A DNA stretch of 64,000 nt from a virus: IMG/VR virus record IMGVR_UViG_3300001533_003062, positions 1-64,000 of that record; one strand, written 5' to 3'. How positions within the stretch are numbered: position 1 is the stretch's first letter; the number at the start of each line of letters is the position of its first letter. The notes under the pieces are model-generated. The model had not been told where the DNA came from, made no database searches, and saw nothing but the letters and a program-made list of their open reading frames with translations. The position numbers were made by a program, and so were the translations under genes. Below, in pieces: positions 21,001-31,500 of this stretch.

Positions 21001-21441
21001 GGTGGAGGTAGATAGAACCGAGGGGCTCACAGTATCTTCACTGATGATTTCTACATTGATGCTAACTTCAGCACTTTCATCCTCTATATATTTAGAAAAC
21101 CGATTCTTCTTAACAGTCTTGAAAACAATTAAAGCAGACGTTCCTACGCTAAAATTAATGATCCCTCTAGTATCAAAACTCCAGGGTATCTCTTCTATTA
21201 CATTACTATTACTCCCAACAGTAACGCCCCCATCAGAAAAGCTAGTGAAGTTGCTAGTTACCCCATTTCTCATTATTTGTACCTTATGAAGTACAGATAT
21301 ATAAAAGTTATCAGATTCCTCCTCTATTACGGAAGGTACTGATCCTGAGATAATTTGATTTAAACTATCCGTATAATATTTATTATCCTCTCCAGCTACC
21401 CAATTAGTCATAGGGTATAAAACTGTAGGTGCCGCTATCAT
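18070..21441 (-). CDS. Baseplate J-like wedge protein, 1123 aa
   Basis: RRPPTRAKGFATF, VEAIQSGTVGNV, TNDSAITGGSNQETNQHLADRI and GTPGGYANTVLSVPGV are Baseplate_J motifs. Confidence 0.85.
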   Translation of the reverse strand: MIAAPTVLYPMTNWVAGEDNKYYTDSLNQIISGSVPSVIEEESDNFYISVLHKVQIMRNGVTSNFTSFSDGGVTVGSNSNVIEEIPWSFDTRGIINFSVGTSALIVFKTVKKNRFSKYIEDESAEVSINVEIISEDTVSPSVLSTSTLEVLRSKNQIKLKVSKDSIRFSNNAEFAGINFYVSNISGGGSRGYVRMNNTSVTEIDEKETLEEILTDSFYVDSASGTNVRTIKTKNVEKEYYTFTFNKEVISKLIQNNDFPNVFLADGDTLDNNYSYFFVVSVIAFDNVLNTSVESLYSTEKEAKFIDYSLDTKNLPLRSRESVLTSLTKDLVSNNKNINTSGGSVFRDMLDPISLEFEKFYLIQDFVFTCNSINTLVAFDDADGDGVSDPVESNLNKIRLRDALQLTTNDALQLLIDEQFDKLAANRGLVRRPPTRAKGFATFYTKIRPESDIRIPSGITINSAEDIGLGIRSTAFRTVSSSLMDVSNISYYYNPVEQRYEVQAEVEAIQSGTVGNVPSGFLTSSSALGPSVQVTNDSAITGGSNQETNQHLADRIKLSSISLDAGTPGGYANTVLSVPGVEQVRVEEAGDRLMLRDYDKTEKRHIGGKVDIYIKGSEIVQTIDRVSFKYEYPKDVIGNNISEQLKIVSSEEMRLKTINNNVSSESPIVSVSSVRNATRGRDYDITGIEIVGDGDSVILEKNAINNEIGMSTFDIIEMSYKYRSSNSIILENPPVDSIVSVEDAEGNEVDPELYELVKTDDPLDIGESSIAKNALRFNFTGNEDINEFIDIEGEEVDLVLASSTPLNSKGVEGSTIVITSLDGDTTYLEDVDYKVILGNSSIRTEIELLPNSKIRPGSRVSVSYTASMNFKVTYRYNRLVSASQEAVDDMKHSCADTVIKQATLNYIDLGFTVYKKITADAAVNNSLLLSRIKTAINNHLSRMKMGETLTQSSLVKVVSSVEGVSDVKIPLTKMSKRNGSFIPLENLGSVDFELYQKLSGKGVPSYVSVNSVLEHMTSDNGGPDNLFRGVYEDNVPLDLVPEPYLVSKKAGSSYIFSDGRILVSTFDGSPPQSKNYKASYYVSYPENENIVGDIVTSEIEYLDVDQDSLSNVIILKEENIKRGL

Positions 21442-22184
21442 ACTATACCTAACCTTTGTCTAAATTGACTTAATTCTAGTAACTGACTATATTCTATAGT
21501 CTTCCCACTCCTAGCAGTGAAAGATAGGGTCACCTCAAATACAGAATAATCTCCAGTTTCTTCCACAGATATACCTAGGGTAGTCCCGTATAGCTCTCCA
21601 GGAGTCATAACCCTCCCAGCGGCTATCTGCTGCTCTTGCAGGTCTATTAGCTTATTAACCGCGGTATTTATCTGATTTGTTACCCTAGAATTAATTAAAT
21701 CTATATCTGCTACTTTAGTACCTATAAGACTCTGCAAATCGGTCCCCATCCAATTATGGAAAGTATTAGAACCTATTTGAGTCACTATAAACTTTTCTAC
21801 CTGCTGAACTAAATAACCTTCGTCTTTGACCAGAGCTACGTCCCCGTCGGTGGATATCCTTATGTCATCTACGACACTGACCCCCAAACACTTAGGACAT
21901 CTTTCAAGTACCGTTAAATAATCCACTTCTACTAAAGGAAATTGGTTCCTTATCCTTCTTTTCATACGTATAAGTCTTTTTGGTACATAATTCCTATTAT
22001 CGCTAATAGTTATTATCTCGTAATCCTCTTTAGCCACCTCTGAGCCATCCACATAAACCTTACAAGAAGTCTCAGAAGCTATAGGATACACTAATAAGAT
22101 ATCTTTCCTATTAGCTCTCAGCGTAGCCTTCTCCCGATAAATACGATGATCGCATATATTTTGTATTTTAAAATCTTGAGACAT
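21438..22184 (-). CDS. gp25-like baseplate wedge/sheath initiator
   Basis: LVQQVEKFIVTQIGSNTFHNWMGTDLQSLIG resembles GPW/gp25; preceded by CPKC; ATGA overlap with baseplate J. Confidence 0.7.
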   Translation of the reverse strand: MSQDFKIQNICDHRIYREKATLRANRKDILLVYPIASETSCKVYVDGSEVAKEDYEIITISDNRNYVPKRLIRMKRRIRNQFPLVEVDYLTVLERCPKCLGVSVVDDIRISTDGDVALVKDEGYLVQQVEKFIVTQIGSNTFHNWMGTDLQSLIGTKVADIDLINSRVTNQINTAVNKLIDLQEQQIAAGRVMTPGELYGTTLGISVEETGDYSVFEVTLSFTARSGKTIEYSQLLELSQFRQRLGIV

Positions 22185-22200
22185 AATATTAGCCTTGTTA

Positions 22201-22215
22201 TATTAATAGGTTATT
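22201..22215 (-). promoter_or_regulatory. Candidate late promoter AATAACCTATTAATA
   Basis: Motif copy 17 bp upstream of the ATG at 22184. Confidence 0.55.
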
Positions 22216-22250
22216 AGATAATAGTTCTTACCTATTACCTTATTAAAATC

Positions 22251-23678
22251 TTAAAAGACATCCTCTTTATCGCTATACTTTTTAGCAGCCTCTTCCTCCT
22301 GTACTTCTTCCCTTATGCGGTAAACACCTTTTACTTTTACAAGGTACTTTAGCTGTATGAATCTTTTTTTGCCGTTTTTATCTATGACTTTCTCTTCATC
22401 CTCAAACGGTAGATTACCTCCATACTCCTCTCTTACTAGGTTCCTTAAATCTTCCTCTAAAGCCTTTTTAGTATCAGGGTCTGTAGGGATAATACCACCC
22501 GTCCTAAATGCTAAATTCTTAAAGAAACGCCTAGCTTTATCGCTCTTAAAAGGGCCCTCTCCCGCTAAAACTCCCTCTAAATAGTTCTTCCCTTTATTTG
22601 CTTTGGATAGAAAGTCATTTATACCCTTGGTCATTTCATCTATCCGGCTTTTTTCTATCGATAACTCTTCTCTGAGCTCTTCTTTATTCTTCGTATCCGC
22701 TATCCTTGAGTATACATCAGATTTTAGCATAGTTTGTATTCTACCTGAAAAATCTTCGATAGTATTATTCTTAATCCCTTCTTCTTTAGATATATTCTCT
22801 TTTTGATTAGATATAGATTCATATAGTACATCTATCATATTCCTTATTTTAACCTCGGTTGTAACTATAGTCTGCAAGGGTACCCCAATAAAATGTTTTG
22901 GAAGACCCTCTAAGTGAGTTTTAAAATTTAGGGCTTTTACATTAGATTTTAAATCTTCTGGTAAGAGATCAAAATTACTTATGAGCTTTTTCTTATAGTG
23001 TATAAAACTTACAGAATTATGTTGCATATAAGCCCTATACCGATCCTCTTCCTCCGTTGTAGACTCTGTGCTTGTTACCTGTAAAAAAATACCGTAGAAT
23101 TTATGCAGGTATTCATTATAAGCTTGAGAGGCCTCTAAGAATCCCTTATCGGACTCTCTTTCCTCTAAAGATTTATCAGATTCCTTATCAGCCTTAAGAT
23201 TATACATCTTACTGATAAAAAATTCTAACTCTTTTATCCTTAAATTGCTTTTCTTTAGATCGTAGACTAAGGATTCTAACTTACCCCTTTTATCCTTAGT
23301 TAAATCCTTATAAATATTGTTTAAAGCAGTATAAGTAGGATCTACGTGGTTCTTCTCGAAGAACTTATAATCCCGAGCATCCGCTAAAAGATCTAAAGGC
23401 CCTACATTGGGGACCGTATCAGATACTGAAATTGAGGCTAAATTTGGGTCAGAATCTATGTCAACCCCTGTACCTCCCCCCAAGACAGACTCTTTTACTA
23501 TGAAACTTCTTAAGCCTGAATGCTGCCTTTTTATTTTTCTACGTAATTTAGACAATTCTTTCTTATAGGATTTAATCTGATCATCTATAGAAGTATCCTG
23601 AGCATATTTTTGATATAACTCTAAGTCAGATAGAGCCATATTAGAACTGTATAAGCCTAATAATGAATCTTTAGCCAT
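22251..23678 (-). CDS. Hypothetical coiled-coil protein, 475 aa
   Basis: Long ORF, GGAG RBS, charged helical composition, within the baseplate cluster. Confidence 0.65.
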   Translation of the reverse strand: MAKDSLLGLYSSNMALSDLELYQKYAQDTSIDDQIKSYKKELSKLRRKIKRQHSGLRSFIVKESVLGGGTGVDIDSDPNLASISVSDTVPNVGPLDLLADARDYKFFEKNHVDPTYTALNNIYKDLTKDKRGKLESLVYDLKKSNLRIKELEFFISKMYNLKADKESDKSLEERESDKGFLEASQAYNEYLHKFYGIFLQVTSTESTTEEEDRYRAYMQHNSVSFIHYKKKLISNFDLLPEDLKSNVKALNFKTHLEGLPKHFIGVPLQTIVTTEVKIRNMIDVLYESISNQKENISKEEGIKNNTIEDFSGRIQTMLKSDVYSRIADTKNKEELREELSIEKSRIDEMTKGINDFLSKANKGKNYLEGVLAGEGPFKSDKARRFFKNLAFRTGGIIPTDPDTKKALEEDLRNLVREEYGGNLPFEDEEKVIDKNGKKRFIQLKYLVKVKGVYRIREEVQEEEAAKKYSDKEDVF

Positions 23679-23693
23679 TATAAAAATCTCTCC

Positions 23694-25409
23694 TTATGAT
23701 AAGCCTAATAAGCCTAATACGGTTTCTACCGCCTTTATAGATTTTTGGATCTGTTCTGCTCCGTCCTCTCCCACATCCTTGACCGGTTTAAAATATTTCT
23801 GGAAATATTCACCGTCTAAAGAGGGAAAACCAAAGACTAGTATTAAACCGAACATAATACCCTGCTCATCCGAGCCGTTAAAAGGATTTTCATTGTCCGG
23901 CGTACTAGGTACCGCACAAGCTTCATCGAATCTCTGAGATAATCCGTTCATTCCACCCTCTTCAGGAGGCAGTTTTAAAAGAGCTAAAGTGCCCTTAAAG
24001 CTGAATTGAGATATTGTTTTTATTATATCCTCTATGGAATCTATAATTTTTATTATTTTCTTTATCTTCTTTTCCATGAATTTAATATAGTTATTAAGGG
24101 CATCAGAACCCGTAGATATGCTACCCTCTAAGATATCCGAGATATTATCTATTTTATCGAAAAGCTTATCAATAGCGGGGCCCAGGAAAGTCCTCATGCT
24201 TATAGATTTCCACTCACCCGCTAAATCCAAGGGAGGAACCACCATCCCTCTGTCATCTAATAAGGACCTACTAGCCAATACCGATAAAGGTATCTTAGCC
24301 ACTGGGCGTGCCCGTACCGATTTCGAGGCTACAGCACTGTTCAAATTTTTAAGATCAGGATTGTTCTCAAAGAAACCTTCGCTAGAAGGACCTATATAAG
24401 AATAAACCTTATAAAAGTAAGTTTCTCCCGCCTTAACATCGAAGTCAATATATTCGTATTTTGTTTTAGCTATAATCTGTTTAACTTCTGCTATTTCTCC
24501 CCCATTAAAATCCTTGTTATCGAATACCTCGATAATACTTCCCGTAACCGTTTCTATATAAGTTCCCTTTGAATTTCCTATATTTCTGGTTACCTCAAAA
24601 CCGGACACATACTCCCCAGGATGCGTCCAAGTTAGTTTCACTCCTATGGCTGGTGCAGATTTCCTGTCTTTTCTATAGTGCCCTGGGATGGCCCTTAAAC
24701 CTTTGGGAGGTTGTATATTAAAACCTTTAAAAGGGAAAAAGTTAGATAACACCTTAAAATTCTCTATGAGGTTAGCTAATATGTTAGGATCGTTTATACC
24801 TGCTATACCCGCTAAAATTACGCCTCCTACCGTATCCGAGTCCTGAAATTTAGGGGCCCCAGGATCGGTGCTGTTCAAAAGGGAGGCATTCACACGGCTT
24901 TGGAACTCCTTAAAACCCCCATTAATAGGCATAGCAAACTTTTGACGCTTAGTATCAAAATCTGGATTTATTATACACGCATAGAAGCCTAAAGAAGTAA
25001 GGCCCTCTATGATACTTTTCAGCTGTTTAATTACTACTTTAAGAGCTAGCTTTAAGAGAAAAGATATATTTCTAAGGTCCGAGCTTAATATCCGCAATAT
25101 TTTAAGAACAACCACAAAAACTGAAGTAATCCTATCTATCTTTTCTAAAACCTCACTAACCACCTCTACGACTTTTTCTTCTTTTGTCAGATCGACACTA
25201 AGGGTAAGATCTAGCCATTCAGACCCTAGATTAGAGGCACTACTACTCTCTTTAGAGGTGTTTTCCTTAGCCGGTTCGGGGGTGTTTATTATAGGCTTTT
25301 TAGGTTCATAACCTAAAATATCCGGAAATTCTACACTCCCTATTTCAAGATCTTCCGTCTTAGGGGCTACATATTCAGGCTCTCTTATGAATCTTACTCT
25401 TAATCCCAT
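23694..25409 (-). CDS. Baseplate-region protein with FN3-like domain and helical segments, 571 aa
   Basis: VKLTWTHP...GFEV.R...YIDFDVKAGETYFYKV FN3-like pattern flanked by amphipathic helices. Confidence 0.65.
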   Translation of the reverse strand: MGLRVRFIREPEYVAPKTEDLEIGSVEFPDILGYEPKKPIINTPEPAKENTSKESSSASNLGSEWLDLTLSVDLTKEEKVVEVVSEVLEKIDRITSVFVVVLKILRILSSDLRNISFLLKLALKVVIKQLKSIIEGLTSLGFYACIINPDFDTKRQKFAMPINGGFKEFQSRVNASLLNSTDPGAPKFQDSDTVGGVILAGIAGINDPNILANLIENFKVLSNFFPFKGFNIQPPKGLRAIPGHYRKDRKSAPAIGVKLTWTHPGEYVSGFEVTRNIGNSKGTYIETVTGSIIEVFDNKDFNGGEIAEVKQIIAKTKYEYIDFDVKAGETYFYKVYSYIGPSSEGFFENNPDLKNLNSAVASKSVRARPVAKIPLSVLASRSLLDDRGMVVPPLDLAGEWKSISMRTFLGPAIDKLFDKIDNISDILEGSISTGSDALNNYIKFMEKKIKKIIKIIDSIEDIIKTISQFSFKGTLALLKLPPEEGGMNGLSQRFDEACAVPSTPDNENPFNGSDEQGIMFGLILVFGFPSLDGEYFQKYFKPVKDVGEDGAEQIQKSIKAVETVLGLLGLS

Positions 25410-25582
25410 TATTTCCTTCTCAATCTTTTTTCTAAATCTTTAAGTTGTATCTTTAAGACTTCTTTTAACTCCTCTTGTAGAGGTTTTAATATATCATCTA
25501 TTAATGGATTATGGTTATGAGGCCCCGCCTCCACTTTTTTCCACCTAGGTTTACTATCCCAACCCGCTATCTTACCACTCAT
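25409..25582 (-). CDS. Small hypothetical protein, 57 aa (MSGKIAGW...)
   Basis: ATG at 25582 lies just after the upstream gene's stop and avoids the overlap of the 72-aa call; TAATG coupling to the next gene. Confidence 0.55.
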   Translation of the reverse strand: MSGKIAGWDSKPRWKKVEAGPHNHNPLIDDILKPLQEELKEVLKIQLKDLEKRLRRK

Positions 25583-25583
25583 A

Positions 25584-28500
25584 TCAAACCCCCGTGGCCC
25601 CTCCGATATTAGAGGCATCCTCTTCATCCTCCTCTATCTTTTTAGTTAGATATTTGACCTTCTGGTCACAGCCTATCTCTCTATGGAATTTAAGGTAAAG
25701 CCACAGATATTTATTAGAGACTAATTGCTCGTTTACAATACCCTCCCTTATCTGACCTACCCTCTTAAATTTGATGTATCTTAGAAAATTCTCGGTACCT
25801 AAGCCTAAAGGATAATCGTTATAGATACCATCCTCTTCTAAGGCCATCTCGCGCTTTAAGTCCTCTCCCACATTCTCATACTGTAGGGGGGCTATTAACC
25901 TACTAGGAAGATTAGACATGAATACATTTTTTAGCTGTTGTTCTTTATTGTAAAAGTAATCCACGGTCTCCTCTTCAGGCGTATAATCTATCCACGGCTT
26001 AGACATCCTTTTCTTAGCACTATTTAGAAGTATAGTGAGATCGTAATCGGATACCTGGAAATACCGGATATCCCCCATCACACCAAAATAAGCTTTAAAG
26101 GCTTTATTTTTGTACATACTGACCTCGGGGGTCCTCGTGATACCTAATTTACCAAAGCCCCTCCTTACTAAAGGTAATATATTTATACTTAATAAACCCT
26201 CGTCATAGTCTCCCCTAAAATTCCGTACAAATTTTTCAAGGTCTCTGTCTAGGTTAGAGGACCGTGTCTCCCCTGAGGTAACCGTAAATTCCGTGGAGGA
26301 CACGCCATAAGTACCCGTATTATCTTCGTACTCCATGTGGAGTAAATCTAAAGCTAATACAGGTCTTAAGTCCCCGTCTAAATCTAAATAGCTTTCGATT
26401 TCTTGGTAGTCCGGTTTAGGTATCAAAAGCTCCGCAGGAAGATCACCATATCCCTCATGCACCAACTTAGATGTTAGTCCTGTAAAGGGCTCCTTAGAGT
26501 TTATATCTTCAATTATATCGAAGAAGTTACCGTTTAGAACAAAATTATATTCGGTGATGTATTTCCCATACATTACATCCCCAAAAGGCTCGAACCCAGA
26601 GGTGCCCGTAAGATTCAATGCAGGACTTGTATTGTATGCGGGTTTAATCACAGAGGCTATGAAAAAAGGTTCAAATGAGAAATTATTTAGATGTCTCCTT
26701 GAGTTTATAACACTAACCAACCCCTCAATAGTATATAAGGGAGTATTATAGGATATATTCAGAGGATAAACAATATTTCCGCTGTACCTAACAGTAGCAG
26801 TTAAGGTAATTCTATCTCTGCTAGAGGGTACACTATAGCTAACATCCGTCACCTCCCAAGCAGAACCTGTCACAGATCCCGAGCTGGCTATTATACTTAG
26901 ATCAAAAGCAGGCGCAGTTGTGAATACTTCTTTCTCCAAAGTAACAGGGGATACACTAAGACTTCCAGAACCGCTTAGTAAGTCCGTGCTGCTGCCGTCT
27001 CCTCCAAGTGCTAGTACCGCGTTAAACATAGGAGTCCCTGTCTCTGGTATAGTCTCTAAATTTATAGCCCCTACTAATTCAGATATTGTGTCATAAGACG
27101 TATTATTAAATAAAAAATCCTGCTGGTAAGTTAGTTCTGTAGTGTAGTTACCTGTAAAGGATAAAGTTTTACCCACATCATCTACTCGATATTGTAGATT
27201 TGAAAAATCGTAAAAATCTGAATTAGGCACCACAGAAAAAACTTTAGCATTAGTCTTAATATCTAAACTACTAGACCTATAAACGGGATAATCTTCTATA
27301 GTAGTATTATTTAGCTTGTCCGGAAGAGACTCATTAAAACCGGGTGTCAGGGGGTTATTTGATTTTTCATTTATCCTAATCTCGGTCTCCTCTGTGGGAG
27401 TTAAACCCACTACCTCATCTCTCATCAAATATATTTTATCTAGCTCTGATTTATATAATTCAGTTTTCTGGTCAGGTAAATAGGTATACTCGAAATACCC
27501 TCTATTGCCGTCCTCACTAATCTTACCGTCTTCACCCCTTTTAAAGTCCCTGTCCCACCTTAGGTTACAATAGAAATAAGCGTTAGAATCCGAACCAACG
27601 CTACCAGAGCCTGATAATTGACCGTTTATCCTATCTAGAAGTTCGTTCAAGGTCTCGCCCTCTATAGATCGGCCTTCTGGCCTTTCGCCTGATGACGCTA
27701 AAGGTATACTTACGTCTACGTTTAAACTTTTAAACCTTATCCAATTATTTTTTATTTCAAAAAATCTACCCTCCTCTTCATCTGGTTCATCCCAACAGTA
27801 GACGTGAAAAGGAGTAATATCTACGGAATTTCCAAAATTACCCGAATCAGCCATGAGTTCCTGAGCGCGCCCAGGTGATGAGGCGAAAGCAAAATTTTCA
27901 GTATCTCTGACACTATAATTATCTTGTACTACGCTTAAGTCTACGCTACCACCAAAATCTGATCGAGAGACCTGTAGCTTCCAACCGGCTATATAGGCCT
28001 TAGAATCTGTATAACTCCCATTTAAATTAAGAAGCTCCCCGTCAACACCTTTGACTAGGGATACCTCGTCCGTCCTATAGAATTTCCCCTCACCGCCATT
28101 ATCCGATTTAGAAAATATCCTAAAATATTTCCTAACAGGCTCATAGGATACCTTCAGATTCTGAGTGTCTAAATCAAGCACCCAATCTCCGCCTACCGCA
28201 GTGGCCTCGTAATGTCCGCCAGAATTTTCCGGATCTTCCCCAAAAATATAGGCTCCAGGCACTACCTCACCTTTTTCATTTGTATATTCCCCCCGCCATT
28301 GCGCATTATTTATGGCCTCTATTAAGTCCCTTATCTTTTTGTATTTGCCTAAGTCTAATTTTAATATGTACTTTCCGCCTTCCGCTTCCCTTCTTAATAG
28401 AACTATATTTCTCACTATTTTTGTGCTAGGCCTGTTTATAGGGACATTAGCCCTAAGTTTCTGGTATTCATCAGGGGTTATTATTGCTAAATTTGGGTCA

Positions 28501-31500
28501 CCTGTTATATTTACCTCTTCCACTATTTTAGCTAGTCTTCTATACAGTTTAATCAACTCCTCCTCACCCAAAGACCTCAGTCTCTCTTCAAAGCGATACT
28601 GAAGAGAGGCGCTCCCCTCTATAAGGGTTACTAAAGCAAACAAACCTTGGTTAGAATCTATTTCTTGCTTTTCATCTCCGAGGAAATCAACTATTCTTTT
28701 AAAAAGCTTCCCCCCCTCCCCGTTACCATCTAAGATAACATCGAGGGCATCTCTTTCCCATAGTATCTCTCTTAAATCCTCACCTGCAGAATATTCATTT
28801 AGGGGGGGCCTCCCATCATCAAAATCTATTAGGTCTAAATCATTCTCTTCACTCCTTATATATTCCACTTTCTCAACACTCTCTCCGCCCTCGGTCCCTA
28901 CTAAAATATCGGCATTGTCATAGGTCACCAAGAACTCGGCAGTACCCCTAGATTTAATGCTAATAGCATTAAAAACATCACGTGTTTCCCACTCACCTGG
29001 TACTGGAAGGTTCTCAAATGAATGTACCAGAGAATCCTCTAAGGCTTCTTTTCTTGGGTTACCGTTTTTTACGTAGACGGGAAATGTCCGATACACCGCC
29101 GCCTCCGTAGTTAAGCTATCCCTAAAACCTCTATCTAAAAATAATACCCTAGAGTCATAGAGCCTGTGATCTGGCACACCTGTTATGCTTAATGTGAAAT
29201 CTTCTATAGCTTTTACCCCCTCATCTTTAACGATATTCCGGGTATCCATTAAATAGGATCCTCCCTCCCTATCTAATACCCTAATATCTTCTAAGGCTAT
29301 AAACGGGCTCAATAAAGAAACGGAGAATATCTCTGTTCCTTTTTCTTTAAAAGATTCCACATTTTTAACGAATTCAGATAACGTATAATGTTTAGGGTCA
29401 TTGATAATATCTCTATCGTTATCATAAATAGGGTCCCTGTAATAGCTGAAAATTCTTTCAATATTGAGCTCACTCAGTTCGGGATTTATTCTATGGATTA
29501 AGTCGTATGTGATCCGTAACTCCCCTAAACCGTCAAATCCTGTGGTAGACTTAATTTCTATATTTTCTACCAAGAAATCTGAGGGGCTGGCCTTAAGGTT
29601 AAATCTTAATAGCGGGTATTCCACCGGTCCTAAAACTATGGGACCTGAATTAAGCATTTCCCGGGCTATACGCTGATATAATACGCCCCTTTCTAAGCTT
29701 ATACTCCATTCTTTATATCCCTTAGATATACGCTTATCCCAGAACTCTAGCAATTTCTTATATACCCTTGTAATCGATTTAAAGCCCCCATAATTTGATA
29801 GGGCATCTCGGGCATTATCGTACGAAGTGATTATCTCGTTGGACGCCTTATCCTCCTCATGGGTCTCTGTCGATCCCGGTTTGGTGAAAGCTTTCTCTAT
29901 TACATCCGGTGTAAGAATATTTCTTACAGAACCATACTCCTTATACTCATCCCCGTAGGTTTCGGTTAAAAAATTCATATGTATCTCATAGGCCATCATT
30001 CGAGTTAGTACCAACCTTATAGCCTCTAAAAGATAACCTTTAAATCTACTACTATCCACAAGTAACCCTCCACCATCAGGTGAAATACCATAAGATCCCG
30101 AGGAATAATCTAAGGTTCCATCTAAAAAACATCGAGCTATTTTATTGTCGAAAAGTAATAAGTCCTTATCTATAAGCTCAAGTAACTGCCAGGCCTGCTT
30201 CTCCCTTAATAGGTGCCTGAAGATATTGTCTGGATCGTAAAAATTTTTATATTTGCGTCCAGGGATTAGCCCGTAGTCCTCTATAACATCGTTACCGCCA
30301 GAAGAATACGGGTAAAGCCAATGGTCTCTATTCTTACCTCTAAAAACTAAACCCTCGACAAAAGATCCCGCATCCTTATTGTAGGTCTTTTCAAAAGTGA
30401 TGTCAGCTACATCTCCAAATCTAGGATCTTTCTGATCAACGCCCTCTATTAAGGCGTCCATAGTGTCTGATACTTTTCTCTCCTCGAAAATATTCAAACC
30501 TTTAAGGTTGAGCTCCTTATTAACCCCAGGAGCATCCTCTTTTATAGATACATCCATAGTACCCTCGTCAGGAGAGTCTACCATCATTCTGAATAATTTA
30601 TCTGGTTCTAAAAGTGCTAATAGGCCAGGTGGTAGGAAAGGAGCAAACAATAAAAATGCGGGAAGACCTTTCTTTATTTTATTTTTACCTCTTTCGTGTC
30701 CCTTGATTTCATCACCTACTATCCTAGCCCCAAAATTACCCTCATCATCCCACATGGGAAATTCTTGAGCCACACTTTTCTCAATCCACACCCTAAAACC
30801 GTCTACAGGTAAGGAATCTTGAAGCTCTCTTAAAGTAAGATAGGCATGGTAAATTCTATTAGATCCCAGCTTACCTGTAAAACCCGTATCAAAATATACC
30901 CCCGCAGGATAATAAGACCCGTCTTCCTTAAGAACCGTATTCTCTTCAACAAAGAATACCTTATAAGTAGGTATACCCCTCTCGCTAAAATAACGGCCCT
31001 TTTCTAAGGTTGAGATATCTCCACTTCTTAAGGATATTAATTCATATGGTAGCCTCTTCTGGTTTTTGGCCTGTTTGTATACGAAACTATCCTCGTCCCA
31101 ATCCTTAGCCATTTCTTTAAATTCATCCTCAGATAGCTGACGTATGTTAGACTCTTTGGTTATGTCTTCTATCTCATAGTAGGTTTTTCTCCCGTCTATC
31201 TTTATCTTATCCCCAACGCTCACCCTAGTCAAAAAATCATAGGGATTTTCCTTAGCGGAAAAAAGCTTATCTTTATCTCTTATAACCACATCATAGTTAG
31301 CTACTAAATTCGTCTCTTGTCCCTTAAGTATCCTGTAGTCGACTGTAGGCATACCATTATTCACATCATTATTGACCCATCCAGGGTTAGCCGATTTTAC
31401 ATAACCTACCTTTATTTTATTATATTCTATGTTGTAACAATACACATCGTTATTCAGTTTCTGCCTCTTACCAAATCTATCATAGTACTTTGGAGATGCT